Shown here piece by piece: positions 39,021-52,838 of a DNA stretch of 64,000 nt (positions within the stretch are counted from its first letter, which is position 1; each line of letters starts with the position of its first letter). Origin of the DNA: Salpingoeca rosetta (lineage: Eukaryota > Protista > Choanoflagellata); contig JAWQFM010000029.1 in assembly GCA_033442325.1 (NCBI GenBank), forward strand, positions 710,847 through 774,846. The letters run 5' to 3'. The notes beneath the pieces were generated by a model. It had not been told where the DNA came from and ran no database searches. It worked only from the letters and a program-made list of their open reading frames with translations. The position numbers and the translations under genes are program-made.

Positions 39021-40395
39021 TGTGTGTGTCCCACTGTCCCGCAATTTGCCTGTCTGCCTGCATGCCTCTACATGCACTGTATGTGTCCCTGTTTGACTGC
39101 CTGAACGACGATAAAGTGCAGTTTAATTGCCCGTCAGCAGAGCTCCCCCCAATCAATAAACGAGATGAAATGATGCACACATACATAGTGTGGCGCTGGA
39201 TACAGTGCACAGTGGGGAGGAGGAGTGGGGAGATGTGTAATGTAAGGCGCTCCGCTTCGCACGCCAAGAACCACAACCACACACACAACGGCACCAGCCA
39301 CAATTTATTTTACCCACAGTTCGAGAGTGGGAATTTCAATTTTGCCAACTCCACGACCTGGTTGTTGGTTGCCAAGACGTTGGAGCTGTGGCAGACACAA
39401 GCGCCCACAAGCACAAGCACCCACCACATACACACAAGACACGAGTAGTGCTGCTGCTGGCTGGTGTCACGCAAGCGCAGTCGCGAGCCACACACCGCAC
39501 CGCCGCCATNNNNNNNNNNNNNNNNNNNNNNNNNNNNNNNNNNNNNNNNNNNNNNNNNNNNNNNNNNNNNNNNNNNNNNNNNNNNNNNNNNNNNNNNNNN
39601 NNNNNNNNNGGAGCAGGAAGAGAGCGGGCCGCATTTGTCACTGCGTGCACAGCTCGGCACGCTGGCCCTGTCGCGGTTGTCCAAAGGCGAGCCTGTCGAG
39701 GACCGCGTCCTATGCGCCATTGTCGTCCACGGTATTCGCCAGCTGGACCCAGCAAGCAGCGGCTGGATCCTCTGCAACTTTCCCCGCACCAGGATCCAGG
39801 TGCGATGCGTGTGGCTGTGTGCATGCGTGTACCTGTGTATGTGTGTTGGTGTGGGTGTGGGCGTGGGTGTCTGGTTGTCTACCTCTGCCTGAACATACGT
39901 TCAAACAAAACCACCTTGCACCAGCCTCACCACTGACCCCCCCCCCTACACTCTGCTGTCAGGCGGAGCTGCTTGAGCGGTGCCTGAGCGGTCGCGTCAT
40001 CACGAGTCGCCCGCCAACGCCGACGACCCACTTCCCGCGCGCTGACTCTCTCCTCCTCAAGAACCAGCAGTCACACACCACCAGCCACCACAACACGGCA
40101 ATTGGCGGCAGTGGTCACGGCATGCAGTCGCACCCAACGGCAGCCAAGTCCGGCACATCGCTTGGCGGTGCAAAGGCGTCAGCAGCGGGGCTGACGGGTG
40201 CTGGTGCTGCGTGCTCGTCGTCCTCACCCTCCACGACATCAATCGCAGACGGAAAACCGTTGGACATTTCCCAGCGCAGCATCGACTCTGGTTTGTTCTT
40301 CGTGTCTGTGTCTGTGTCTGTGCCTGTGTGTGTGTGTGTGTGCCTGTTTGTGTGTGTGTGTGTGTGTCTGTCTGTCTGTGTGTGTGTCGTGTGTG

Positions 40396-40441
<46 letters not shown>

Positions 40442-43400
40442 TGACGTGCAACTTTGCGTTTTAACGTGCATCTCCTGCCCCCTCAGTGCTGTGCTTCTCA
40501 CAACCGCCGCCACACCACCATATCTCACTTGCCCCCCCCCCCCCCCAACACAAACACAAAAACTCAAACGCCTCCAATGCTGCAGTGATTGTGCTTGACA
40601 TGAGCGACGAGGCCGTGCTCAACCGCGTGCTCGGCCGGCGCATCGATCCGGAAACCGGACAGCGCGTCCACATTGATGACGTGGATGCGCTCCTGCACAC
40701 GGAGGACGATGCCGTGAGTCCGCACGGCAAGAAGAGCATTGATCTTCGCACGAGCAGCACGGAGGCCATGATGGACCCCTCTGCCTCGTTTGAGGACAGC
40801 CCGCTCATCCGCCTGACAGAGGTGGAGGATGGCGACCTCGCTGGCGACAAGGTCGAGCAGATGGTCGCCACGTACAACGCAGAGGCGCCCGCGATGCACG
40901 CGTGGTACGACCGCCACTTTGGCGTTGTGACGCACATCAATGGCAACGGCGCTGCCAGTGCTGTGGACAGCGAGCGCGGGGACGTTGCTGCTGCGCTTGA
41001 GAAAGCGGTGGTGTGGGCACTGGAGACGGAGGCGCGCGAAGCACAAGAGGCGTGGCAGGCACTGCACGCTGAGGAAGAGCGGGTGCAGCGCACGCTGTCG
41101 CAGCCCATCATCGCCGTGCAGGAGCAGGCCACGGTTGAGGCGGCTGTTGCTGCCGTGCACACGTCCTCCTCCCCGAATCTCGCTGGCGATGGCAGCGGTG
41201 GCGACAACACCAAGCCCAAGAGCGCCAGCACGAACAGCAACAGGGGCAGCGGTGACACGACGAGCAAGGCGGCGAGCGAGCGCGGGTCGTCTGCGCTTGG
41301 CGCGCCCAAGTCGCCGTCAGCTGCGAGGAAGAAGAGCGGCAAGAAGGGCAGTGGCTCGTCTCGCCCGGGGACTCGCGGTTCGCGCCCAGCCAGCAAGCGA
41401 GGCGGCCAGGACAAGGACAAGGATAAAGACAAGGATAAGGATGGCGCTGCAACGGCTGGTGGTGCGATGGGCGGGCATGTTCCTGACGCAGACAAGCTGA
41501 AGCAGGAGGCCGGCGCCATCAAGGCGGAGAAGACGCGTGCTGCCACGGAGCTGGCTGGCAGCGGCGGTGCCCTCCATCGCGCCCGCGACGAGCAGCCGAC
41601 GTTTGTTGACCTGACGGTTGATGCTGAGCTTGCCAAAGGCCTGGTGCCGCTGTGGGACGTCATGGAGCGCTGCTACGTCGGCGATGTCAAGCAGATGCTG
41701 CGCAATCTGCGGCACTGCCGGCAGAACAGCTCCGAGTCGCTCTCTGCGCTCGAGCGCGAGATTATGGGCTTTCTCTCGCGGCCCGACGCGGCGCAGGAGT
41801 ATGTCAACAGCTGGCAGCGCGCCTTCAACGAGGTGCCGGACAAGCTGCGCGGGAACGATGCCTGCAAGGCCGAGCTGTACCAGCGCGTTGAGGAGCTCAA
41901 GGATGCGCTGTATGACATATGCGACCAGCGGAAGCAGGAGGCGGATGACCTGCTACAACAGCGCGCAAACGACCTGATGACGGACGACCAGTGCAATATC
42001 GCGCTCAACGCGTTTATTGGGCTGATGCAGGCGGAGGTGGATCGCTATGTGCAGACGCAGCAGCTGCTCAGCGACACGTACTGCCACATGCAGGGCAAGC
42101 TTGCGGACGACCTCGCTGCGAACCAGCCCACGCTGCCGCTCGTGGACATGCACCACAAGCCCAACGAGCGCACGTCCGCGCGCACGAAGAAGAAGCAGCC
42201 AATGGCTGACATTGTTCCGCAGGAGAGCGGTGTGCCGCTGCAGCTGCGCCAGAGCATGGACGATGTTGGCGACGCGCTGGCGCTGACAACGGCGATGACA
42301 CTTGCACTTGAGGCGGTGCCGAAGCGAACGGAGCCCGCCGTTGTGCGGCAGGAGGCTGCGAGGGCGGCGGAGGAGGAGGCAAGGCGAAAGGCCGAGGAAG
42401 AAGCGGCATCGAAGAAGAAGGGGAAGAAGGGGAAGAAGACGGCTGAACCCGAAGAGGTGCCCCCGCCAGAACCAACGGAGGAGGAGCTTGCAGCCAAGAA
42501 GGCGGAGGAGGAGCGAAAGGCGTTTGTCGCCGCAGCGGAAGACGAGCACTTTGCTGCCGCTGTCATTGAGGACAGGCGGTTCCGTGCGCGGCTGCACCTC
42601 ATCCAGCACGTGGCGCAGGGCATGCTGAAGCAGCTGCGAGAGCCCGCGTCGCAGAGCCTGGAGCGGCTGGAGCGGGCGATTGGACAGCGGTACAAGAAGG
42701 AGCACGAGAGCGTGGATCGCCTCTGTGCACAGGCGCGCAGTGCCATTGAGGCGCAGGTCAAGATTTATCGCGAGCTCGTCTTCATTGGTCAGTCCGTGGT
42801 GGTCGAGGCGAGGGGCAGTGTGGGGAATAAGGGGGTGTTTGCACTTGAATGCGTGAGTGCGTGTAAGTGTGCTTCTGTATGTGTGTATGTGTGTGTGCGT
42901 GTGTGTCTGTGTGTGTCTGTGTGTGCGTGCGTGCGTGTGTCTGTGTGTGTGTGTGTCTTTGTGCGTGTGTCTTTTGTGTGTCTTTGTGTGTCTTTGTGCG
43001 TGTGTGTGTGTTTGTGTTTGTGTGTGTGTGTGTGTGTGTGCGCGCGCACACGCGTCTGTGTGTGTGTGTGTGTGTGTGTGTGCTTCTCTGCGTGTTGGCG
43101 ACACTGTTGTTCAATCTCGATATGCTCACTCGCACGCCACGCACGCTTGATCGCACGGCCAGATGCCAACTTTGACGTGAACCGGGATGTGGTGCTGTCG
43201 CCCGTGCCGCGACCGCCACGCCCTGCGACGCCTGTTGAAACGGAGCGTTTTGACGAGTTTACAATTGCGCAACTTCACGCCTTGCATAAGGAGCTGTCGC
43301 TGATTGCGCCGAGCGGGTTTATCCCGCGTGACGACATGGTGGACCTCATTGACCGCCTTCGCCAGCAGCCGGCGTGCGCGGGTGCACTGCCGCCCAAGTT

Positions 43401-45252
43401 CACCACCATCACGCGCAAGGACATCGCGAGCGCCTTTGGCAAGTGCTACACCCCTGAAAGCGACTGGGTGGACTGGCGCATGTTCCTGGTGGACATGTGT
43501 GCCATCCCAGAGCCGAAGACGGAGGCCCTCCTGCGCTCGTTTGCAGAGCTGTACGCCATGAACACACACGGCACCGTGTCGTGGCTGCAGTACAACGCGG
43601 CGTGGCTGTGGTTCGCGCCACCACAGACCACCCCAACCGCAGATGTGCACGCACCACGCGCGTTTGATCGAGGTGCGGGCCTCAAGCGACTGCTGTTTGA
43701 TGTGTTCGCCGGGGACGCAGCCACGTACTTTGGGCGGGAGATTGACTTCTTCACGCTGTTCACGTACATTTGTCGCGGCAACAACGGGCGCACGGCGCTG
43801 AGCCGGGTGGCAACGCTGGTGTCCATTGCAAAGGGGTGCACACCACTGCATGAGGTGCAGACTGCACTCGCCCGCGCACTCGCCGCCGCAGGCATCAACA
43901 CCACGAGTGGTGATGCAACAGAGGGCGGTGATGGTGATGGCGATGACGATGACGATAGGAATGGTGATGCGAACACCACAGACAACAATGGCAACGGCAG
44001 CAGCAGCGGTGTTGTTGTTGGCGGCGGCGGCAGCAGCAAGGACACGCTTGACGGCAGCGTGAGCACAATGGAGGCGCCAACAACGCCGCTGCGAACCGTG
44101 CCGAGCACCCCGAATGTGTCTGTCTCCACCTGGTCCCCATCGAAGGACGGCGAGGAAGGCGGTAGTGACGGTGATGGTGACGACAACAGCCACAAGGTCG
44201 AGATTGAGGTGATCCCGCAGTCTGATGCTGGCGACACAGCACCATCAACACCAGCGGCAGCGTCAACACCCGACGACAAGGACAAGGACAAGGACGCGGG
44301 CAAGACGAAACGCAAGTCCAAGTCCAAGTCCAAACCAAACGACGGCGAAGGCGACGAGGAGCGCGAGCTGTCGGCATCGAGCGCCCGCAAGTCCAAGGGC
44401 CGCGACGGCAGCGGCAGTGCACGGTCGCGGCGCGCATCGATGAACCCGTCGTCTGCGCGCAAGGGCCTCAAGTCGCCATCCCGCGGGGCATCACGGCGCG
44501 GCAGCAAGATCATGCGCGATGACGACAACAGCAACGCCGACGACGCAAACAACACGTCCATCAGCAACAACGAGAGCGCCGATGTGTTTGAGCTTGGCAA
44601 TGTGGACGGCGACACGTCTGCTTCGACCATGCACGTGGAGGACGATGTGGTGGTGCAGCTGCCAGTGCGCATCACGTCGGAGGTGCTGCTGTCGCTGATT
44701 GCTCACGGCGTGCGCGAGCTAGGGGACATTGAGACGGACGTGACGCAAGCCGAGCACGTGGCTGGCGCTGTTGAACTGCACCAGATGCTGTCGCTGACGG
44801 CCGACGAAGCGGAGGAGATGATTGCGTATGTGCAGGCGGCACAGGAGCACCTGCGGGAGCAGCAGCGATTGGAGGATAAGGAGAGAGCTGAACGTGGCGA
44901 TGGTGATGATGAGGGTGATGATGATGATGATGATGATGATGATGGCGAGAATGAGCACGTGCGCTTTGCAGACGACGACAGCGCTAAGCAAGGCGGTCTC
45001 CGTGCAGGCAAGAAGACGAACAAACAGGAGGGGGGTGAAGTGCAGGGTCGTGGCGCTGATGGCAACGCCCATATGGACGACGGCAGCGGTGACAATGACG
45101 CGCAGGATGGTGGTGGCGATGATGGTGACGGTGACAATGATGCTGACGCCGATAATGTTGTTGTTACGGCAGATGAGCTCGTGTTTGGCTCGTCGGCGCC
45201 GTCCATTCTTCTTCCGCTCCAGTCCAAGTTTGCTCGATGCACACGACTCTAA
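33225..45252 (+). CDS. SPEF2: Sperm flagellar protein 2 (SPEF2/KPL2/CPC1): CH domain, coiled coil, adenylate-kinase-like region, acidic C-terminus
   Basis: [19 protein letters not shown]|[19 protein letters not shown]..|[24 protein letters not shown]|[19 protein letters not shown] matches the SPEF2 N-terminus. ADK-like [38 protein letters not shown] and LMQAEVDRY also match. Stop at 45252. Confidence 0.92.
38945..39509 (+). repeat. Near-identical copy of 32666-33226 (SPEF2 upstream region, ending at the AT of its ATG) inside a SPEF2 intron; likely mis-assembly
   Basis: About 480 bp of unique sequence appears identical in both places. Both copies start at a (TG)n tract and each abuts an N gap. 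Confidence 0.85.
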
Positions 45253-45342
45253 TGATTGGTTTTGTTGTGTGTGTGTGTGTGTGTGTCTGTGTCTCTGTGA
45301 GTGTGTGTGTGTGTCTGTCTGTCTGTCTGTCTGTCTGTTTCT

Positions 45343-45374
<32 letters not shown>

Positions 45375-45695
45375 CGTGGGTCTTGTTGCTTGCTCACTCT
45401 TTTTCATGTGTGATGCGTTGGTTTCATAGAGAGCTTGGTTTGGCGTTTTGGTGTGGGCATGTGGATGGGTTACAGTTGGTTTCATGTGCGTTTCATGTGC
45501 GTTGAAGTACAAAACAGTCATGGGTGAAGGTCAAAGTGACACGCGATGGTTCGAAGGGCAAGCAAGGGCGCGACAAGTGGTGTGATACCATGTGATGTGG
45601 CATCATTGCTGTAACTGCTGCAGCAACGGCAGCGCCAATGTGAACGCAACCCCTTTTCAACGGCCACAACATGTTGAAAAACAATCGCTAGCTAG

Positions 45696-47785
45696 CTAGG
45701 TTTGCCGCAAGCGCTGCACTAACGAACGAATGCGCACCATAGCTCGGGTGTCATCATCCTCATTGTAATTGTCGTCATCGGCGTGTAGATCTTGATCATC
45801 TCCATACACATCAGCTCCTGTGTACTCATCACCATCGTGTTCACCGTACTCGCCATCATAATCGTCGCCATCATACTCATCGCCGTCGTCGTCACCATTT
45901 TCATTGTGGCGACGGTGGTGGTGGTGTGCCTGCCTCACACCATGGTACCAACTGCCACCAGTGAATGAAGCTTCGTCATCATCATCATCATCATCATCAT
46001 CATACACATCCACGCCACTCACATCGCTGTCGTCGTGAGGGTGTTGGCGGGTTCTTCTGGTTCCTGTAGGCCGATGAGGATCGCGAGGCTGATGTTGACT
46101 CTGAGGTGCAAATAGGGCAGCGTGTAAGCTGCTGTGAGCACTGGAGGGTACCTGCTGGCCGTGTAAGACGTGGTTATCTCGTCTACGTGCACGGCCATCA
46201 CTATTAACGTCGTCCACACCATCACCTGTGCCACCACGTTCATCGTCACTGCTATTCTCGTCACCGCCACCATCGCCATTGTGTACAAGCTCTTCCTCCT
46301 CCCACAACGGCAGCCCCTGTACATCGGTGTCAGCGTCATATCTGGTCGTGTGCAATTGCAGCGCCCGCTGTCGTGCTGTGAAGCCGCCTCCTTCCAGGAA
46401 TTGAACGAGTGCACGTGCCTTTGATGCTGGTGACGGTGGCTGTTTCCCTCCGCTGCTACTGGTACCACTGCTTATGCCACCCAGGAGTTGCGACAGCTGC
46501 TGTGCTGCCGCTGGCGCTGCGATGTGCGACCACTGCGTGGTGGAGGGTGAGATGGAGTTGCTGCTCCGTACTCTGCTTGTGCTTCTCCTCGCACGTTGTG
46601 CTCGACGAGGATGATCTTGAGCTTGAGCGTGAGCTTGAGCCTGATGATGATAAGGGTGGCGGCGGGGATGGGTGTGAGGACGATGGGGGTGTGTCTGGTG
46701 GCGAGGGCTTGCGTCTGCACTGGGTGATGTCTCGTGTGCAGCATTTGGTTGCTCATGTCGCTGCTGCTGCCGAGTTGGTTGTGTTTGCTGCTGTTTTGCT
46801 TGTCTGCTTCTCTGCGGTGGGCGCTGCTGGCGTGTTGAGGCTGGGCCAGTCGCCGTGTGTGCATCTTCATCGAGAGCAGGAGGTGAAGGTGGTGGAGAGA
46901 CGTGCGCTGCCCATTGTGCAATGCTGTCATACTGCGGGGGCTGCGGTGGTGTGTTTGGGTGTGGGGTTGATGTATGCAGGCTGCTGCTTTTGCTGTGGTG
47001 GTGTCGTGCGTATTGGCGCTGTCGTTGCTGCTGTTGGTGTTGTTGGTGTTGTTGGTCTTGTTGGTCTTGTTGGTGTCGGTGTTGTTGTTGTTGGTGGTGG
47101 TGGTGGTGTTGTTGTTGGTGGTGGTGGACGCGTTGCTTCCGTGTTTGCGGTACGTGGTGTTGATATCGTGGCCGCCGACGTTGGCGTGGCTGTCGCCGGT
47201 ATGTGTGCGCCGGCAGCGGTGGCCAGTCGCCCTGGAAGGGGCGCATTTCATCCAAGTATGCGCGCATGTTCACCTCCCATGGTCTCGGCTGCGATTCAAA
47301 ATCGAGACGCGCAAGCTGCAAGGACTGCTCCAGGGATTGTTCCTGTTGCTGTAGCAGCTGCTGTTGTTGGCGATGGTGCTCTTGGGGAACGCTGGTGACG
47401 GCGGCATCTGAGTTTGTGGCAGTTGTGTGTTGATGCGATGCCAAGGATTGCTGCGGGACGGTGGTGCCTTGCGCTGTGCCGACGATACGAGAGAGTGGCA
47501 GTGGTGCAAGAAAAAGCGACGGATCAATGGAAGGTAGGGTCACGGGCTGGGCGGTGGCTTCTGCGAAGCTCACGCTGAGCAGCGCGTCCGTGGTCTTGGA
47601 GCACACAGACAAGGTGTCGTCATTGTCCTGCACTGCAAGTGCGGGTACATTTGATATTTGTGATGACACTGTTTGTGGTACTGTTTGTGGTGTTGCTTGT
47701 GGTATTGATTGTGGTGGGTGTTGGTGTGGAAATGATTGAAGCTGTGACGGTTGCGAGGGTTGTGAAAGGTAAGAATGGCTGTGTC

Positions 47786-47816
<31 letters not shown>

Positions 47817-47918
47817 TTGTTGCTGTTCTTCGTGCTGGTGAAGGATCTGTCGGAGACGCTGTGAGGCCGAGAGCTTGTTTCGATTGCCACCACCGCCACC
47901 AAAGTCGCTGCTCATCAT
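45696..47918 (-). CDS. Hypothetical intronless Q/H/D-rich low-complexity protein (about 740 aa)
   Basis: Uninterrupted ORF lacking intronic CA/TG tracts. First ATG at 47918, divergent from BUB3. No recognisable domain. Confidence 0.6.
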
Positions 47919-48117
47919 CGTCGTTTGCCTCCTGCGGCGTTTCAAATTTGGCGGAAGGCAACTGAAATCAGTCGAATCGACTTATGTCAGTCTCGTTAAT
48001 AACCGCCAGTGCCAAAAAGGAAAGGAAGCACAGAAGACCGTGAGGAAGCACAAGCACACGACACCACACCACACCACACCACCGCACGCACACCGACACA
48101 CCACACCACTCGCCAAC

Positions 48118-48214
48118 ATGACGGACACTGAGCTTGTGTCGCCACCCCAGGATGGCATCTCCTCTGTTGTGTTTTCTCCGACCAGCAACTTGCTTCTCGT
48201 TGCTTCCTGGGACA

Positions 48215-48249
<35 letters not shown>

Positions 48250-48274
48250 TGTCTGTCTGTCTGTCTGTCTGTGT

Positions 48275-48354
<80 letters not shown>

Positions 48355-50023
48355 ATGGGTAACTTTTGTGTTGCTGTTCTTCTACCAGTACACTTGCGTT
48401 TGTTCGTCGTCGTCCTCCTCCTCCTCCTCCTCCTCCACCTCCGCCTCCTCCTCATCTGGAGAAGGTAAAAAAGAGACCGCCGAGACTACCTATTTGATCG
48501 GTGACCATAGCTCATTTTTCGTTACTGGATAGAAGTGGGCTGCTCAGGGACATAGAAGACATAGACGTATAGCGATCTTGATTACAAAGCACAGTGATAG
48601 TTCCTCATTTCGCGCTAAACGNNNNNNNNNNNNNNNNNNNNNNNNNNNNNNNNNNNNNNNNNNNNNNNNNNNNNNNNNNNNNNNNNNNNNNNNNNNNNNN
48701 NNNNNNNNNNNNNNNNNNNNNNNNNNNNNNNNNNNNNNNNNNNNNNNNNNNNNNNNNNNNNNNNNNNNNNNNNNNNNNNNNNNNNNNNNNNNNNNNNNNN
48801 NNNNNNNNNNNNNNNNNNNNNNNNNNNNNNNNNNNNNNNNNNNNNNNNNNNNNNNNNNNNNNNNNNNNNNNNNNNNNNNNNNNNNNNNNNNNNNNNNNNN
48901 NNNNNNNNNNNNNNNNNNNNNNNNNNNNNNNNNNNNNNNNNNNNNNNNNNNNNNNNNNNNNNNNNNNNNNNNNNNNNNNNNNNNNNNNNNNNNNNNNNNN
49001 NNNNNNNNNNNNNNNNNNNNNNNNNNNNNNNNNNNNNNNNNNNNNNNNNNNNNNNNNNNNNNNNNNNNNNNNNNNNNNNNNNNNNNNNNNNNNNNNNNNN
49101 NNNNNNNNNNNNNNNNNNNNNNNNNNNNNNNNNNNNNNNNNNNNNNNNNNNNNNNNNNNNNNNNNNNNNNNNNNNNNNNNNNNNNNNNNNNNNNNNNNNN
49201 NNNNNNNNNNNNNNNNNNNNNNNNNNNNNNNNNNNNNNNNNNNNNNNNNNNNNNNNNNNNNNNNNNNNNNNNNNNCTCCTCCTCCTCCTCCTCCTCCTCC
49301 TCCTCCATCCATCCTCCTCCTCCTCCTGCATGCTGTAGCACCAAACCAACGGTGTGCTCCTGTTTCTACCTCCTCCTCCTCCTTATTCTGCCTTTCGTCC
49401 TCTGTATCTGTCTCTCCAACTTTTCACTAGACGTGCCGGCTTTACGACGTGGACTCCAACACGCTCAAGTTCACGTTTTCGCACGATGCACCGGTGCTGG
49501 ACTGCGCCTTCCTCGACGACACAACAGCTTTTGGGTATGTTCATGATAGTGGGCCGAGTACAGCAGCGCGTTGGCTCGGTTTGCTTGTACTGTGTGTGTG
49601 TGTGTGTACACGAGAACGTGAGGGCTCGTGAGCATGTTACTAGCTTGCAGCGAGTGACAGCACACACGTGTTTGCACTCACACACTCACACGCACACGCG
49701 CGTGTTTCCACTCCCACACATTCACATTCACACACACACACACACATACACGCACGCACACAACGCGCTCGCGCTTGCTTCTTCCCAAGTGCGGGGATTG
49801 ACAAACAGCTGCACAAGTACGACTTGACGACTGGCAAGAGCTCCGTTGTCGGGTCGCACAGCGAGGCCATCAAGTGTGTGGAGTGCTCGATCAAGCACGG
49901 CGTGGTCATAACCGGCAGCTGGGACAAGACCATCAAGCTGTGGAATCTCGAGTCCCTCGAGTGCGTCGGCGAATACGCCCAGCCAGACAAGGCATGTGGG
50001 GGTGGAGGTGTGCGTGCGTGTGC

Positions 50024-50088
<65 letters not shown>

Positions 50089-52393
50089 TGTGTGTGCATC
50101 TGTGCGTCTGTGCGTGTGTACCTGCTTCTGCGCCGACATCATGTCCGCCAAGTTGCCTGTGCGCATTCATGCTTCGTGTTGACATGCCCATCTCACCCCC
50201 TCGCGGTATCTGTCAGGTGTACACGATGGCGTTGGCTGATGACCGCGTGATCGTCGGCATGGTGCGTTCCAGAGCACATATCGTGATGGCGTGTAGATGA
50301 AGGGGAGGATGGTGTGTGCTGTGTATGTGCGTGTGTGTGTGTGTGTTGTGTTGCGTGTGTGTTGTATATATGTGTGTGCTGTGTGGTGTGTGTGTGTGTG
50401 TGGTGTGTTGTGCGTATGTGTGCGTTCACGCTGTCACATCACTGATCCTGCCCTTGGCTTTGTTGCTTTGGGTACACAGGCTGGTCGACACGTGTGGGTG
50501 TGGAACCTCAACAATATGGTGAGAAGCACAAGTGCGTGAACGTCCATGTGGGTGCATGTTTGTCATTCTATCTTCCTGTGTTTTTGTCAATTTGTCGACC
50601 CATGCGTGCGTCTGTGGACGGCCAACGCATCTTCTCACCAGCAAACGCACACACACACACACACACAACACAACACAACACAACACAACACAACACACAA
50701 CACAACACTTTGACAACACAACACAACACAACACAACACACAACACAACACAACACAACACAACACAACACAACACAACACAACACAACACACAACACAA
50801 CACAACACACAACACAACACAACACAACACAACACAACACTTGACAATCACCAGAGTGCGGTGGAGCAGCGACGAGAGTCGAGTGTGAAATTCCAGACCC
50901 GGTGCATCCGTGCAATGCCGGACGCCCAAGGTGATGCGCGCATCTATGCACACATATGCACACACGTGAACCTACACGCACAAACGTGTGTTCACGCGCA
51001 CGCATGAATGCAAGCGTGCATACACACGCATACACACAACCCATAAACAACCTTCTCACACTCATCATACCCATCTCTCATCTCGTACACCACCAACCAC
51101 ACCCAGGGTATGTGCTCGCGTCGATTGAGGGCCGTGTTGCTGTGGACTATCTCGACCCGTCTGAATCGTCGCAGAAGCGCAAGTTTGCGTTCAAGTGCCA
51201 CCGCTCGAAGGAGAACGGGCGTGATGTCATCTACCCGGTCAACGCCGTCGCCTTCCACCCAACGTGCGCGCACTGTGCTGTGTGTTGTGTGTGTGTCTGT
51301 GTGTCTGTCTGTGCGTGTGTGTGTCTGTGTGTCTGTATGTGCGTGTGTGTGTCTGTGTGTCTGTCTGTGCGTGTGTGTGTCTGTGTGTCTGTCTGTGTCT
51401 GTCAGGTGTGTGTCTGTCTGTGTGTCTGTGTCTGTGTGTGTGTGTATTGGACTGCTGGATTGGGATTGTGTTTTCCTCTGCATTTTCTCTTCCTGGGCGC
51501 CTCTGCAGCAAACGCGACCTCACCATTCGTTTCTCCCACCACCACCACCACCACCACCACGTGGGTTCAGCTTTGGCACGTTTGCGACGGGCGGGTGCGA
51601 TGGGCTCGTGAACGTGTGGGACGGCGTCAACAGGAAGCGCGTGTACCAGGTGATGGTGCCGGTGGAGTGGTGGTGGCGGCGGCGGTGGTGGTGGTGGCAA
51701 TGTTACCTGCAGTGGGGGGTGGTGTGGGAGGAGATATGACGCGTGCACGGCTTGTTCACCGCTTACTCGCTACGCATGTACACTCACACACACACATTCA
51801 CACACGGTACCACGCCGACCACCACCACGACCACCATCGTGACTGCCCGTCGTCAGTTCCACGAGTACCCGACGAGCATTGCGTCGCTGTCGTTCAACCA
51901 CGACGGGTCGCTGCTCGCCATTGCCGCATCGTACACATATGAGGAGGGCGACAAGCCGTAAGCTGACGCTGTTGCTGTCTGGTGGTGGTTGTGATGGTGT
52001 TGCTGTCTGGTGGTGGTTGTGATGGTGTTGCTGTCTGGTGGTGGTTGTGACGCTGTTGCTGTCTGGTGCTGGTTGTGACGCTGTTGCTGTCTGGTGCTGG
52101 TTGTGACGCTGTTGCTGTCTGGTGCTGGTTGTGATGGTGTTGCTGTCTGGTGCTGGTTGGGGGGGGGTGGCATTTGTTGCTGTTTTGTTGCTGTTGTTGC
52201 TGTTGTTGCTGCTGTTGTTGTTGTTTTGTTGTTGCTGCCACTGCTCCGACAACTTTTCTTCTTGTTCTTGCTCTTGTTGCCATAGCTCACGCGTCCCTGC
52301 GCCAACCCCTCCTCTTTCGCCAGCCACCCGCCCGACGCCATCTTCATTCGTCGAATCACGGAGGAGAACGTCAAGCCAAAGCCACGCTCATAG
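48118..52393 (+). CDS. BUB3: Mitotic checkpoint WD40 protein BUB3
   Basis: Spliced exons: [77 protein letters not shown]...KFAFKCHR...[67 protein letters not shown]. Confidence 0.95.
51963..52157. repeat. 28-bp minisatellite, about 7 copies, in the last BUB3 intron
   Basis: Unit gctgtctggtgstggttgtgaygstgtt starts at 51974, 52002, 52030, 52058, 52086, 52114 and 52142. Confidence 0.85.
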
Positions 52394-52838
52394 ACACACA
52401 CGCGCGCACGCACACACACACGCACACGCACACGCACACGCACACGCACGCACACTCAAATCAACACACGCACCATATGTTCCACGTTTTTTTCTGGTGT
52501 TGTTTCTTCACTGACTAACAATACAATCACGTTTCGTTTCAAACAAATGAACAAGAAACAAGCAATAGCTCAGAAGGAATGCGACAGCAACAAGCAGCAG
52601 CACACATATGAACACGCCCGAACAATCATCACATCACAATCACAAACAACAACACCACGCCCAGGTGCTGCAAGGGGTTTTGGTTTTCATATGGACAAGG
52701 GGACAAGCGAACGCGCAGAAACGAGGGGAAGGGACGCTGGCAGGTGCTTGTATGTGTGTATGTGTGTAAGTGTGCACATGTGTCTGTTTCCACGTGCACA
52801 TGTGCAAGTGCGTGTGCGTGCGTGTGCGCGCGTGTGGG

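Noticed and set aside
38945-39509. Apparent internal duplicated SPEF2 promoter (alternative TSS or mobile element)
   Set aside because: The copy looks identical, starts at a (TG)n tract and ends at a 100-N gap. It has no terminal repeats or target-site duplication, so mis-assembly is the simplest explanation.
40486-45252. 1588-aa ORF as a stand-alone gene
   Set aside because: It is the 3' part of SPEF2, read through an in-frame TG-rich intron (~42788-43161).
51963-52157. CRISPR-like 28-bp periodic array
   Set aside because: Head-to-tail repeats with no unique spacers, in a eukaryotic intron, with no cas genes; it is a minisatellite.
1-52393. Functional kinetochore gene cluster (CENP-C, DCTN6, BUB3)
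   Set aside because: BUB3 is about 45 kb away with unrelated genes between, so there is no evidence beyond chance.
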